A stretch of 64,000 nt of DNA from NCBI RefSeq assembly GCF_009914755.1, contig NC_060928.1. One strand, given 5' to 3'. How positions within the stretch are numbered: the first letter of the stretch is position 1; each line of letters starts with the position of its first letter. Below, one piece after another: positions 1 through 13,390 of this stretch. The notes below the pieces were generated by a model. The model ran no database searches, was not told where the DNA came from, and saw nothing but the letters and a program-made list of their open reading frames with translations. The DNA comes from the human T2T-CHM13v2.0 reference genome, Homo sapiens. Position numbers and translations under genes: made by a program.

Positions 1-1177
1 GGCGGCCTGGCCGGCCCTCGCCTGCTCGAATGCCACCAAGGATGCACCCCAGAGGGCAGGCCAAGGCAGCCAGGGCCTCACTTGGCAAGGTGCTCAAACC
101 TGGCCTTAACAAACAAACGTTTCTCCAAATTCCTGTCCTCTCAAGCATTTTTCTTTATCTCCCTTACAATCACTCCTGGAATTTGAGCTGGACCCCTAAT
201 TTATCAAGGGCTCTGGAGCCTTCTGGAAGACCGCCTAAAGAGGACAAGTCCAAATTAGAAATGTTTATCTTGTTTCTAAACGTGATACTTTCTCGTCTCA
301 GCTTTTCCTAGGAAGCACTTTGTTAAGGAACGGAGAAGTTGGGCAAAACTAACCTGCACTCACATCCCAGGTGAGGGAGGAGAGCCTGACCCGTCTTTAT
401 TTTAAAAATGATTGAGCAAGTTGTATCCCCGGGTAAAGTGAGTAAATCTGATTCTGGCTGATCCTTTCGCAGGGCTCTTTGGACTGCAGGAGAATCTGGA
501 TTTGCCAAGCCCAGGAAGTGCTTATTCTCTTTATGGTGATGACTGAGCACGCTGTGAACCTGAGCGTTCTGTGCACTGCCTTCACCACGTCTCTAAATTA
601 TTCTGACATCTTCCTCCTCTTCTCCTCTGCTGGAACCTAGCTTTAATTATTTTTCAGTAACAAGTCAATTGTCCCGTTTTTCCTTTCCCTTCAAAACGTG
701 TTCATCACCAGAGCCACATTAGTCAAAAGTGACAGTTACAAACTGAAATCAATGTCCACATCACCAAAGACATCAGAGATACCAAAGGCCGGTTAGGTCA
801 GCCAGCGCACGCCAGGCGACAACGTGCTCGTGGGTCACAGCAGAGCCGTGCTCCTCTCTGGCCCCGTCTCCCACCCCTCCGCTCCTGCAAGGCTGCCACT
901 GACCAGGAATCAGCAACCAACCTCATCCAGCTCTTTTGTCCTTTCATTAAGTAACCACTGAGAAATGAGTAAAGGAGGAAGGAATACAGGGAGAAGAAAA
1001 AAAGAGCAGGTAACGTGGAAAAGACAAGGGGAAGAGAGTGAACAGGGGAACGCAGAGGGCGTGAGGGAAGAAAGAGAGATTCTGCTGCGAGTGCCAGCCT
1101 TGGGAACATCCCTTCTTAGTGAAGTTAAGGAATGCCCATTTGCATCCCCAGGAAATAAGAATTAAAGAGGAAAAGGG

Positions 1178-1470
1178 GGTCGTGCGGTGGCTCATGCCTG
1201 TAATCTCAGCACTTTGGAGGCTGAGGTGGGATGATCCCTTGAGCCCAGGAGTTTGAGACTAGGCTGGGCAACATTATGAGACCCCCATCCCAAAAAAAAA
1301 TAGGAAAGAAAATTCAGCCAGGTGTGGTGGTACACACTTGTAGGCCCACTACTCAGGAGGCTGAGGCAGGAGGATTGCTTGAGCCCACAAGGTCACGACT
1401 GTAGTGAAGTGTAATTGCGCCACTGCACTTCAGCCTAGGTGACAGAGTGAGACCCTGTCTCCAAAAAATG
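1178..1470 (+). mobile_element. AluJ
   Basis: Dimeric Alu with J-type cttgagcccaggag; 14-bp TSD aaagaggaaaaggg at 1164-1177 and 1471-1484. Confidence 0.9.
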
Positions 1471-1487
1471 AAAGAGGAAAAGGGAAG

Positions 1488-2032
1488 TGTGGGGAGTGGA
1501 GAAATAAATGAAGACCAAAGCAACGAGAACAGCCAGAGGCTATTTATTCAGAGCTTGCCATAGCAATGGAGTCAGCCACCATCACTTACGTTCTGGCAGA
1601 GACTCAAAGGCAGGCAGGGACATGGAAAAGCTTCAGAGTGGAAAAAAGGGAAGGCGTCAGGCGTGGCCTGATGGAGGCTGTGGCCTGGGGAAGCTGCAGG
1701 CGGGCTGGCTAGAGGCAGGCATCCTATGTGGTTAGTTAAGCGGGTATATTTGGCTTTCTCTGGTTGGAAGCAGGGATAAAAATTAGGCGAGCTGTCAGTT
1801 ATTAGTCAAGTCCTGGCCATTTAGGCAGATTGTTATGGGGTAGTGGTCTGTGCGCAGCCTGGTGCCCTCCCAGCCTGATTGGAAGCACTGGCTTCCTGGA
1901 CTGACTGTTGGAGACAATGGGTTTGCTCCTTGCTTGCAGACAATGGGTTTGCAGGTTGCTGCAGGCTGTGGGTCAGAATCTGTTTGCACACATGGTTGGG
2001 CATTGTCTGTTCCCACATTCAGTCTCTTAACA
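1488..2032 (-). mobile_element. Old ERV solo LTR (family uncertain)
   Basis: TG...CA termini, minus-strand AATAAA (tttatt ~1543) and LTR-like interspersed repeat sequence. Confidence 0.55.
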
Positions 2033-2993
2033 GGTCATCATTGCCATTTTTGTGCTCTTGACTTATCTTATTTTCTCCAACCTGAGTTCCAGAGCTCCCT
2101 CCTGAGTTCCAGACCCTGGGACTGATTGGCTCCTGGGTCCAGACAATTTCAACACCCCATCAATTTTACCTCCCAAATACCTCTCCAATCAAGCATTTCT
2201 GTCCACCCGCACCAGCCAATCCAAAATCCCCTCCCCCCACCGTCCCCGTTGGACCTCAGACACGTTTCCATGTGATCTACTTGCTGTCAACCTTGACATT
2301 CTCTCTGGTTTGGAGGAGTCCAACTCCAGGACCAAATCCCATGCGTGGTCTTCCAGCCCAACTGCAGGCAATTGCAGTGGCTCCACCTGAGAGGCTTCAG
2401 GGAGGGCAGGGGGCTGCCCTCCCCACCTCAGATGTGGCACTAAGCCTCACTGCAGCCTGGAGGGGTTGCGGTCAAGGACTCACCGCCCCTGCCCACTCAG
2501 CCAGACCCTACAGGAATCTTTTCCCGGCTGGCGCCTCCATTCAGAGGCCACCTTATGTGGACTGGGGCTGGGATCCTGTCCAGCACCTCTGCTGAGACCT
2601 CCTCTCAGGACCGTCCAAGACACTTCCCACTCCAGCCCAGGGCTCCCCACATCTCCACTCCTAGCCCTTTCCCTCCCTCCCTGGGTCCCCACATCCATAA
2701 AATGTCGAGTCTTTGCTGACACTCCCTGGGCAGTGAAAGGGGCCACCCCAGCTGACTCCCCCAGTCCCTCTGGCCCTAGCCTGGCGCTGTTCTGGATGGG
2801 CAGGAACGGAATACTGGGTGCACCGGCCTGGCCTCCCTCTGGTCTTTTGCTTACACTCCCAGTAAGTGAATAAATAAAGAACTGCTACTGACAGCTTGAC
2901 CCCGGCAGCGCTCTAACAATTTCAAGATCAGACATGCAGTCCTTTCCCTTCCTGAAGTCCTTTTCTGGCTTCCCACTGTCTGCAGAGACTGTA

Positions 2994-3007
2994 TTTCTTT
3001 TTCTTTC

Positions 3008-3040
<33 letters not shown>

Positions 3041-3296
3041 TTGAGACAGAGCAAGGCTGGAATGAAACGGCATGATCTCAGCTCACTGCAGCCTCCACCT
3101 CCTGGATTGTAAAGATTCTCTTGCCTCAGCCCCCCAAGTAGCTGGGACTACAGGCGCATGCCACCACACCTGGCTATTTTTTTGTATTTTTTTAATAGAG
3201 ACGGGGTTTCATCAGCTGGCCAGGCTGGTCTTGAACTCCTGATCACAGGTGATCCGCTCGCCTCAGCCCCCCAAAGTGCTGGAATTACAGGTGTGA
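2994..3296 (-). mobile_element. AluS with T/TTTC tail
   Basis: Antisense Alu consensus preceded by poly-T and TTTTC runs. Confidence 0.9.
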
Positions 3297-3299
3297 CAG

Positions 3300-3747
3300 G
3301 GAGTCTATTTCCTAGGGCTGCCCTAACACAGAGCTGCACCCTGGGTGGCTTGGAAACAGTAGAAATGAGCCGTCTCTCAGCCCTGGAGGTGCAGAGTTGG
3401 AAATCCAGGTGTCAGCAGGGCCACGCCTCCTTAGAAAGCTGTAGGACAAGCGCCCTTCCTTGCCTCTTCCAGCTCCTGGCAGCCCAGACCTTTCTTGGCT
3501 GGTGGCATCATCACCCCAGTCTTCATAGGGCCATCTTCCCACTGTGACTCTTTCCAAAGCCTCCACTTTTCTGTGTCCAAACTTCCCCCTTTTTATAAGG
3601 ACATTAGTAACATTGGATTAAGGCCCACCCTAATAATCACTTGATTACATCTGCAAAGACTCTATTTCCTAATAAATTCATATTCTGGGGTACAGGGAGT
3701 CAAGACATAGCATGTCTGTCTGGGGGGACACGAGTCGGTCCGCCACA
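3300..3747 (-). mobile_element. MLT1 (MaLR) solo LTR
   Basis: ttcctagggctgcc...cttttataaggaca...ggattaaggcccaccctaat...acatctgcaaagac match the MLT1 reverse strand. Confidence 0.8.
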
Positions 3748-3908
3748 GGGAGCTTCCAGATCCTCACCACGGGCTGGCAAGTCCCTCCCCAGCCTGGCCC
3801 GCCACCCTCTCCACCTCATTCAGGGACTCTTCCATTCACCCTGCACACTCCAGACGCTTCAACTCTTTGGAGTCCCTCAACTTCTTATTTTATCAACACC
3901 AGCTTTTG

Positions 3909-4102
3909 CGGACTGAGCTTCCCTAAATCCAAAAATCCAAAATCCGAAATCCAAAAATGCTCCCCAATCCAAATCTTGTGTGCTCAATGGAGCTTTTCAG
4001 ATTTTCATATGTTCCACAGGTAAGTGTAACACAAAGATCTCGAAATCCAAAATCTGGAACACTTCTGGTCCCAAGCATTTCAGATAAGGGCCACTCAGCC
4101 TG
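3909..4102 (-). mobile_element. Tigger4a/MER46-like MITE
   Basis: Degenerate TIRs and the characteristic acacttctggtcccaagcatttcagataaggg...cagcctg end. Confidence 0.8.
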
Positions 4103-4497
4103 TCTAAGCAGCAGGGTGACAAGACCCTGTCCAGGAGCTGAGGAAAGATCCCCCAAAGGAGAGCCGTGGGAAGTGAGGAGGGGGTTCCAGATATTTCCCT
4201 AAATGTCCTCCATGGAGGCTAAATCTGTTCTTGGCCTCTTCGGAATTAGTGTTCTTTCCACCAGTGAGGGCGACTTATCATCATGCCAGCCTGTCCTGCC
4301 CACAGATCCCCTTGTCACCTGCTCCACAGACCAGCACACCCCATGGCCTGCTCTTTCCTCCCAGCCCTCTGACACAGTTTCCTGATTTCAAGAAATGGAA
4401 ATTATGTTGGTTCGTTCAACAGATATCTGTTAGGCACAGTGCTGGCGTTGGAGTGCACATAATTTATGTTAAGACAGATCAGTAAAAACAGTACAGA

Positions 4498-4499
<2 letters not shown>

Positions 4500-4536
<37 letters not shown>
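4500..4536. repeat. (TG)n microsatellite
   Basis: About 18 uninterrupted TG units. Confidence 0.97.
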
Positions 4537-4538
<2 letters not shown>

Positions 4539-4668
4539 AGAATTAACTCCAATCCAGTCTCTAGGAAGGGGCAGAGGCTCCGTGTTTTAGTTAAATCTGT
4601 ACCACAGGCTTCCTTCATTGGTATTGGGGTGTTAGCAATTCTCTTTCCCTTGTGAAACTGGTGGTGGT

Positions 4669-5001
4669 GGCCAAGCGTGCTGGCTCACGCTTGTAATCCC
4701 AGCACTTTGGGAGGCCGAGGTGGGCGGATCACCTGAGGTCTAGAGTTCGAGACCAGCCTGGCTAATGGTGAAACCCCGTTTCACAAAAAATTAGCCAGGC
4801 GTGATGGTACGCGCCTGTAATCCCAGGTAGTCAGGAGGCTGGGGGAGGAGAATCACTTGAACCCGAGAGGTGGAGGTTGCAGTGAGCTGAGATCATGCCA
4901 TTGCATTCCAGTTGGGCAACAACAGCGAAACTCCGTCTCAAAAAAAAAAAAAAAAAAAAAGAAAGAAAGAAAAAAGAAAGAAAGAAAAAGAAAGAAAGGA
5001 A
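4669..5001 (+). mobile_element. AluS with A/GAAA tail
   Basis: Alu consensus; degenerate TSD gaaa(c/t)tggtggtg on both sides. Confidence 0.92.
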
Positions 5002-5934
5002 GAAATTGGTGGTGTTGGAGACACTTGGTGGCCTAGAAGCAAGTCCTCTGCTCTTGCTTGAACGGGATGTGGAAGTTGTAAGCCCCTAGACTCTCACCTT
5101 TGGGAGAAAGACGTAGGTCTAGAATCCTGACTGCATCTGGGTATACCTCTCCTCCCTGCCCCAGAGCCACTCAGCAGAGCATGTGTTGCGGGATTCATTT
5201 AGAAGGTAACTTGATCCTGCTGTCAGAATATTCTCACTTGTGTCTCACAGAGAATCTTTCCAGAAGGGCAGAGAGCAGAGGGGCTTCCCCAAGCCCAGAG
5301 GTAAAAGGCGTGGATTTGTGTTGTGCCTGCTGCGACCTGTACATTTGTCAGCAATCGGCTAGAGACTAGCTTTCATCATACACACCACCTGGCAGGGAGG
5401 CTGAGTGGGGAAGGCGAAATTCCCCGCCATTGTCGGAGGCTGGCGATATCTTCCAGACTATGGACAAGTTGGCTTAGGTCTGTTCTTAACCGCCCAGCAA
5501 GAGGTGAACAACAAAGAAAAGGTTCCTGATCTCACAGCTTAGAGACGAAGGACAGACAGCTGGAGGAATTTGCTCAAAAGAAATTGCTTACGTTTCGCCA
5601 AAGCTCTAGGTTTTTGCTTGGAGACCTCACTGGTCCGAGGCTGGCCAAGCCGGGGACTGCGTGGTGTTCAGCACTCCTGCGCCTCCACAGCCTGGGTGTG
5701 GGCAAGGACAGGAGGCCGCTGTGGCACAGCCCCTTCCACCCCACGCCCAGGAGCTCAGGGAGGAACCTGCCCTGGCTTTTCCAAGACAGAAGAGGAGATT
5801 CCACCATCAATGCACCAGAGGAAAGGGCCATGAACGTGGGGAGCCCGGGAGGCCCCGGCCATGCTTTGCCTGAAGTGTAGGGCCGAGGGCGAGGGGTTCC
5901 CTTCGTCACGGTGTGCTGAGAACAGATCGTCCCA

Positions 5935-6310
<376 letters not shown>

Positions 6311-6319
6311 TGAGGAATT

Positions 6320-6525
6320 ATATCATAAAATTTAAAAATATATTATTTAGTGATATTTATAGATTTATTCTATAATACATTATTATATTCTAAGTAAGAA
6401 AATACGATGTTATAATAAACATATTCTATATTATGTAATAAATACATTGTATATAATAATCTATATATTATACGATAAATATATAGATAAAAATAAGATA
6501 AAAATCAATAAACCACATATAAATA
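6320..6525. repeat. AT-rich low-complexity tract
   Basis: Almost entirely A/T, with degenerate TATA/ATAA units. Confidence 0.8.
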
Positions 6526-7092
6526 GATCTGGCTGGGCCCCTCTCATCTTTCCTATCTCAGTCATTTTTCTGGGCCCCAGACACCTTCTTCGGGTCTGTA
6601 AAAGCCCCTCCAGCATTCGTGCAATCGAGGAAACTCGGAGGAGACTTTTGGTCTTTAGCCCCCTGGGGTTCAGGGAAACTCATGGACAAGCCCAAGTCTT
6701 GTGGCTCCTCTGCTCCCGAGTCCTGTCCCCCAGGCTCAAGTCACCCACAAAGCCTTCCCAGAGGCTGCCAAGGCCACGCGTAGCACACAGGGTCTCTGTT
6801 ACCTTCCCGAGGGTAGGAGCAGATTCCTGCCATCCCCACAGTCCTGCTGGTGTCCTTCTGGCGCCTCTCCCACACCCTCCCTCTCCAGACCTGAGGGGCA
6901 CTCTCCACCTCCAAGCCTTGACAGGTTAGAATCTCAACACCCAAGGCCAAACATCACTAAAACAGTGACAATGGGGACAGTCACCATGGCCTGCTCTGTG
7001 GCTGCAGGTGGTGACTGTGACAAACTGGAACAGACCCATCCCTGCTAAAAGCATTTGAATTTACTTCATAAAAATCACAGCAATATCTAAAT

Positions 7093-7436
<344 letters not shown>

Positions 7437-7455
7437 TAGCCTCTGGCTCAGATAA

Positions 7456-7771
<316 letters not shown>

Positions 7772-7789
7772 TAAAATAATGTTCTGGGT

Positions 7790-8090
7790 CATTATCATAA
7801 AAAGGCAGCCAGGTGAGGACAGAGACACAGAAGAGCACCATGTGAAGATGGAGGATCGAGGGGTACATCTGCAAGCTAAGGAGAATCAAAGATGGCCAGC
7901 AAGCCATGGGAAGCCGGGAAGAGACAAGGACAGATTCCCCTTCAGATTTCAGAGGAAGCAGGGCCCGCCAACACCTTGAATCCAGACTTCTAGACTGCAC
8001 ATCTATGAGACATGTCTGTTGTTTTAAGCCAGTGTGATGATGATGATGATGATGGTGATGATGATGTCCTATAACTCTTCTTAGGGATAC
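7790..8090 (+). mobile_element. MLT1 LTR fragment containing a (TGA)n repeat at 8034-8066
   Basis: ccatgtgaagatggagg...aaggacagattcccc...tgttgttttaagcca MLT1 motifs. Confidence 0.7.
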
Positions 8091-9403
8091 TCCAGAATTG
8101 AAGGAGGGTAATGGTCTCTCTTTCTTTCCCATTTGTGAGGACGTGGGCAAGTAAATGAGATACAGTTAATTTTTCCATCAGCTCTAAATTTTTGACAAAT
8201 CACTCTGCCTCAGAGGATGCAACAGGGACTTGGGTCAGTCACCCTGGCTTGCTCTGTGCGCCAACCAAGAATACACCAAACCGGACCCATCTGTTTGCAG
8301 CTTCACTGAGCCACATCCCACAGCCCTGCCACCCTTTAAACCAGGGGGAATCCAAAAAGTTCTACTGCCCACTGAGGAGGTGAGGCTTTCCTGCCCTCAT
8401 TTAACGTGAAATGCCCGCGCTTTGGCCTCTCCGCCTTTGCTGAGAGCAGTCTGTTTCACGGAGAACAGCCTTCTGCAGGAAAAGCCACTGTCATCAGGCT
8501 CTCCGCTACAGTGTCATCATGATTAGGGTGCATTTAAAAAGTAATTAAAATGTTGTGTTGAACATTAGGACTCGTGCAGGGCCACTGAGGAGAAGCCGGT
8601 AATTGGGTCCTTGGAAAGCTCTAGTCACTTTGCTGGCACACTACAGTGAAAGGGAACGGGGTGGCGGGCGGGGGCAAGGGCAGGGACAGCCACCACTCTC
8701 GAGTCTGTCCCTGCACTCCTTGACGGAGAGCTCAGCTGATCAGACGCCCGCATATTTCCAGATAGATAGTGCTGCTGGGGTGAATTCTCTCTTCCTCCAC
8801 TCCCAGATTCATATGCTGAAGTCCTAACCCCCCCTCCACTCCTCAGAGTGTGACCTTATTTGGAGATTGCTACTGACCCAAGTGGGGTCTGCTCATCTGG
8901 CCCAGCAAGGTCAATCAGTGGCTTTGGGATCCTGGTGAAATGAAGTGAGGCACAGATTGCAGTGCACCAAGCAACACTGAAGACCTGCACTCTCCGATGC
9001 CTGGCAAGTAAGGGTTTTCAAAGGCAGGGGTACATTTCAGGAAAGCAGAAGTTACAGGCAAAATCAGAGGCTAACACATGATGTACATTGCTTTGGCCTA
9101 AAAACGTGGAACATCTCAAAGCAGGGGCCCACAGTTCGATTCAAATATTTTCTGATTTGCAGTTGGTTAAGGAGGCAGAGCTTTGTCTACGTGTGCTGGA
9201 GTCAGCAGAAAGATATGTTAGGGTTGACTCAAGGGCACGACCTCCTCCGGGCCCCTCAGGAAGAACTTTAGAACAAAGAATGCCAGTCCGAGTTCAGTCC
9301 TCAGCTCCCCCTTTTCTGAGGTCTACAGGCCAGTGGATCTGTTTGGTGGGGGTCTGGGTTTCTGAAAAACAACTCAAGGACTTATGTTAAGATGTTATCT
9401 TTA

Positions 9404-10106
9404 GGTCAAACGCAGTGGCTCACACCTGTAAACCCAACACTTTAGGAGGCCAAGGTGAAAGTGTCAGAGGCGTTTGAACCAGAGCAACTCCATCTTGAAT
9501 AGGGGCTGGGTAAAATGAGGCTGAGACCTACTGGGCTGCATTCCCAGGAGGTTAGGCATTCTAAGTCACAGGATGAAATAGGAGGTCAGCACAAGATACA
9601 GGTCTCGAAGACCTTGCTGATAAAACAGGTTGCAGTAAAGAAGCCGGCTAAAACCCACCAAAACCAAGATGGCAATGAGAGTGACCTCTGGTCGTCCTCA
9701 CTGCTATACACTCTCACCAGCGCCGTGATGGTTTACAAGTCATGGCAACATCAGGAAGTCACCCTACATGGTCTAAAAGAACGAGACCTGAATAATCCAC
9801 CTCTTACTTAGCACATCATCGAGAAATAACCTTAAAAATGGGCACCAGCAGCCCTCGGGGCTGCTCTGCCTATGGAGTAGCCATTCTTTAATTCCTTTAC
9901 TTGCTTAATAAACTGGCTTTCACTTTACTCTATGGATTCATCTCGAATTCTTGTGTGAGGTCCAAGAACCCTCTCTTGGGGTCTGGATCAGGTCTCCTTT
10001 CCAGTAACAGGAAGATTGCTTGAGGCGAGGAGTTTGAGACCAGCCTGGGCAATGTAGTGAGACTCTGTCTCTGCAAAAATAAAAATAAATAAATAAATAA
10101 TTTAAA
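9404..10106 (+). mobile_element. Alu left monomer (FLAM/AluJ-like), split by MER41
   Basis: cagtggctcacacctgtaa...ggccaagg | gattgcttgagg...gagaccagcctgggcaa, then an A tail; perfect 14-bp TSD aagatgttatcttt at 9389-9402 and 10107-10120. Confidence 0.85.
9462..10009 (+). mobile_element. MER41 solo LTR (MER41A-type)
   Basis: tgtcagaggcgtttgaaccagagcaactccatcttgaatagg...ttccagtaaca; 548 bp; AATAAA near 9907. Confidence 0.9.
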
Positions 10107-10760
10107 AAGATGTTATCTTTGGTTTCTGTAGGGAACCAAACATCTCAGGACGCTAACTCCCTTGGCTATTGTTTTAAGCTACTATTACCTTCTTGTTTAT
10201 CAAGCTGCTCATGTACTTCTCAGGGCGAGCTGGATGCCTGGAATTTCCCTAGAAGGAACTCAAGATTTTCCTTTATTTTCATGTTTGGTTGGGGTGGGGG
10301 GGAAGTGCGTGGCAGCCCCCTAAGAGAGGTCCCTGCTCCATTTCCAGATGGGGTCTTCGCAGAGGTAATGGAGTGAAAATGAGGTTATTAAGGCAGACCC
10401 TAATCCAATACAATTGGTGTCCTTTCAAAAAGCAGAAAATTGGACACAAACAGGCATAGAGGGAAGACGGTGTGAAGAGACACAGAGAGAAGGTGTCTGT
10501 CCACAAGCCAAGGAGAGAGGCCTGGAGCAGACCCTCCCCTCGTAGCCCTCAGAAGAAGTCAACATAGTGGATACCTGGATTTTTGGACGCCAGCTTCAGA
10601 ACTGAGAGGATAAATTCCTGTCGTCTGAGCACCCCCGTCTGTGGTACTTTGTTACGGCAGCTGGAGCAAACTAGCCTGGCTTTCCAGGACCCGTCTCCAG
10701 GGCCTGCTCCCCACCAAAATCCCAGGCAAATACCATATTTCACTCTGTGTTCTTCAAATA

Positions 10761-10761
<1 letters not shown>

Positions 10762-10799
<38 letters not shown>
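10762..10799. repeat. (CA)n microsatellite
   Basis: About 18 CA units. Confidence 0.97.
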
Positions 10800-10802
<3 letters not shown>

Positions 10803-10828
10803 TAAGTGATGGTAACAATAGAATATGA

Positions 10829-10960
10829 TGTAGTTTCAGCCACTCAAGAGGCTGAGTCAGGAAGATTGCTTGATTCCAGGAGTTGGAGGCTGCAGTGAAC
10901 CATGATCGTGCCACTGCACTCCAGCCTGGACAACAGAGCAAGACCCTGTCTCTATAAATA
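10829..10960 (+). mobile_element. 5'-truncated Alu (right arm/FRAM-like)
   Basis: Right-arm consensus flanked by TSD aatagaatatga. Confidence 0.85.
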
Positions 10961-12315
10961 AATAATAGAATATGACTGAAAAGGGCAGTGGTGAACCAGA
11001 GGAAGAAAGGTACTCGCTAAGAAGTGAGGATGCCCACTGCAGCCATACATCGGTTGGACCTTCAGCTGGGTTTTACTCCACAAGGTGGAGAGCATGGCAG
11101 AAAGACAGGGAGACCCAGAGCACCCAACCCTCTTGCCCCATCTGGTCCCCAAATCAAAGCCTTTATAAAAGCAACATTGGTGTTATTTAACTCTAAATAA
11201 TACATGGGCTGGAATCAAAGACATACAAAAGTTTAACATTACCAAGAAGTTGTCCTGTCTGCACGGGAGATGTTATCTGTACTATTTGATTTCTGTCCCA
11301 GCATCAAATAAACATTTTTATCCCACAAATTTATGGGAAGCAGCTTCTCTCCCTAATACGCAGATGCTAATGTACTTTCTGCCCCACCAGTGTTTTCAGA
11401 AAGCATTCTTAGTCTTTGACAGGTAGGAAATTTGCATTTCCATTAGTGAGGCCTTTGTCAATTGTGAGTTATAAAAGCCCCAGAAGAATAGGGTTGGGGG
11501 AAACGCGTTGTATTTTAAAAGGAGACTTTATTGCATGGTTCAACGAAAGGTACCGAAGTAGATAAAGCCTCTGGAGCGGGCTGCTGAGAAGCCTCACAAC
11601 GAGGAGAAACTTGTTAATGCACGTGCCTGTCACCGGACAACCAGAGGGGAGGAAAGTCTGAATGTGACTTTACTAGTTTGCAATTTACTGTGTTTAACAT
11701 TAAAATAGTACACTCTTCGGGGGTGATAAGGCGCATTTGGTGCTGCCAGTCAAGTGCTTCTCGCTCCTGTTCCATTAGCTGCGGCTGTAATCTTCTCATT
11801 TAAAATCGCTGCTGTTCGGCCGCAGCGGCTCTGGCAGGGCTGGGGGTTTGATTTGTGTATGTGATTTGTTTTACTCTTTATGTTAGTAGAGTCAAGATGC
11901 TCAAGAAAAATAAAAGCTCAAGCATCCCCAGCAGCGAAAGGAATGATGCAAACAGCGCTGCTTCATTTGTTATCTTATTTGCCCTTCAAACTTGGTCTCC
12001 AAACACACAGTTAAATAATTCAGTGGCCACACTAAATACTGGAGAGGAGCAGGCAGAGAGAAAGCCATCAGAAGTCATGGGCCAGGGAAACAGCATTTCC
12101 TAAGAAGTAAGTAAACCAGAGAGAACGAGGAGTAAGAGGAGCCTCAAGGTGACCTCTGTCTGCCCTGCCCAAGACTCTGCCCAGTGCAAAGCCCATACAG
12201 TGGTGCTGGTCGAAGCTCCTTATCTCAGAGATGAAGGAAGTGAGTAAACACAGGCTGGTGACAAGCACAAGGACACACAAATCATTCGTGGTGAGCAAGT
12301 TCTGAAGTCCCACAT

Positions 12316-12778
12316 AGTAGCAGTACAAGCCGCAGACAAAACCCCTTAGACGCCGAGTTAAAGAAGGAAGGGCTTTATTCGGCCAGGAGCTTCGGCAAGA
12401 CTCACGTCTCCAACAACCGAGCTCCCCAAGTGAGCAATTCCTGTCCCTTTTAAGGGCTCACTACTCTAAGGGGGTCTGTGTGAGAGGGTTGTGATCGATT
12501 GAGCAAGCAGGGGGTACGAGACTGGGGGCTGCATGCACCGGTAATTAGAACGGAACAGAACAGGACAGGGATTTTCACAGTGCTTTTCTATACAATGTCT
12601 GTAATCTATAGATAACATAACCGATTAGGTCAGGGCTCGATCTTTAACTACCAGGCCCAGGGTGTGGCACGGGGCTGTCTGCTTGTGGATTTCATTTCTG
12701 CCTTTTAGTTTTTACTTCTTCTCTCTTTGGAGGCAGAAATTGGGCATAAGACAATATGTGGGGTGGTCTCCTCCCTTA
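12316..12778 (-). mobile_element. LTR2 (HERV-E) solo LTR, full length 463 bp
   Basis: Minus strand begins TAAGGGAGGAGACCACCCC and ends ...GCGGCTTGTACTGCTACT; 4-bp TSD acat at 12312-12315 and 12779-12782. Confidence 0.9.
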
Positions 12779-12849
12779 ACATGTCTTGGTTCATTGTTCA
12801 GGGTTTGTCCTGTATATTAGGCTGCCTTCACTGGACACTTTCCTCCTTC

Positions 12850-13390
12850 CCTCATTGCACAGACACTTATTGAGTGACCACTGTATGCGAGGCACTGAGC
12901 ATGCAAAGGAGATGCGGCTGGACCAGATCTGCTGTCGTGGAAGGCTCCCTGTTTTAGTGGGGGAGACAGGCAATACACGAGGAAGCCAATACATACACGT
13001 GATAATGTCAGCGCTATGTGTTGTCAAGAGAACAAAGGTCATGGGGAAGCGTGGGGACAGGGGCCAGTCAGGAGCAGGCACTGAGGAGGCTCTCTGGGGC
13101 AGCAGGCAGAGGCATGCATGACAACAAAGCGCGTTCCAGACTACCGCAACATCCTGACAGCCTGGCCAAGCTTGGTGTCCCCGCAGCGGGAGGCCTGAAT
13201 GCAAGGGGAGAGTGGCCACTGCAGAGCAAGAGTCCAGGTCCTGGGGTCATGGAGAGGAGTGGAGTCTGATTCCAGCTGCGATGGAAACCAGTGGGAGATT
13301 TTCAGCAAGAAGCGACGTGATTCAATTTCTGTTTTGCAACAGCGCACACAGGCATTGAGAATGGATTCTGGGGTGTAAAAGTGGGGAGCT
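12850..13390 (-). mobile_element. L2 LINE fragment (degenerate)
   Basis: cacttattgagtgaccactgtatgcgaggcactg resembles the L2 3' end; purine-rich L2-like body. Confidence 0.5.

Larger units (their letters stand above)
8868..10345 (-). mobile_element. ERV1 MER4-group solo LTR (MER49-like, uncertain), split into 8868-9402 and 10107-10345
   Basis: Starts with TG at 8868, has a 4-bp TSD, and its sequence is contiguous across the inserted Alu monomer. Confidence 0.65.
8770..10676 (+). mobile_element. MLT1B-like LTR split into 8770-8867 and 10346-10676
   Basis: gtgaccttatttggagat continues as agatggggtcttcgcagaggtaat after a 1.5 kb insertion; agat is duplicated at 8864-8867 and 10346-10349. Confidence 0.8.

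Noticed and set aside
9462-10009. MER41 as an interferon-gamma/STAT1-inducible enhancer
   Set aside because: The segment carrying tandem GAS motifs in MER41B is absent here (atggtctaaaagaacgagacctgaataatccac), and I see no TTCnnnGAA in that region. This is consistent with the MER41A type.
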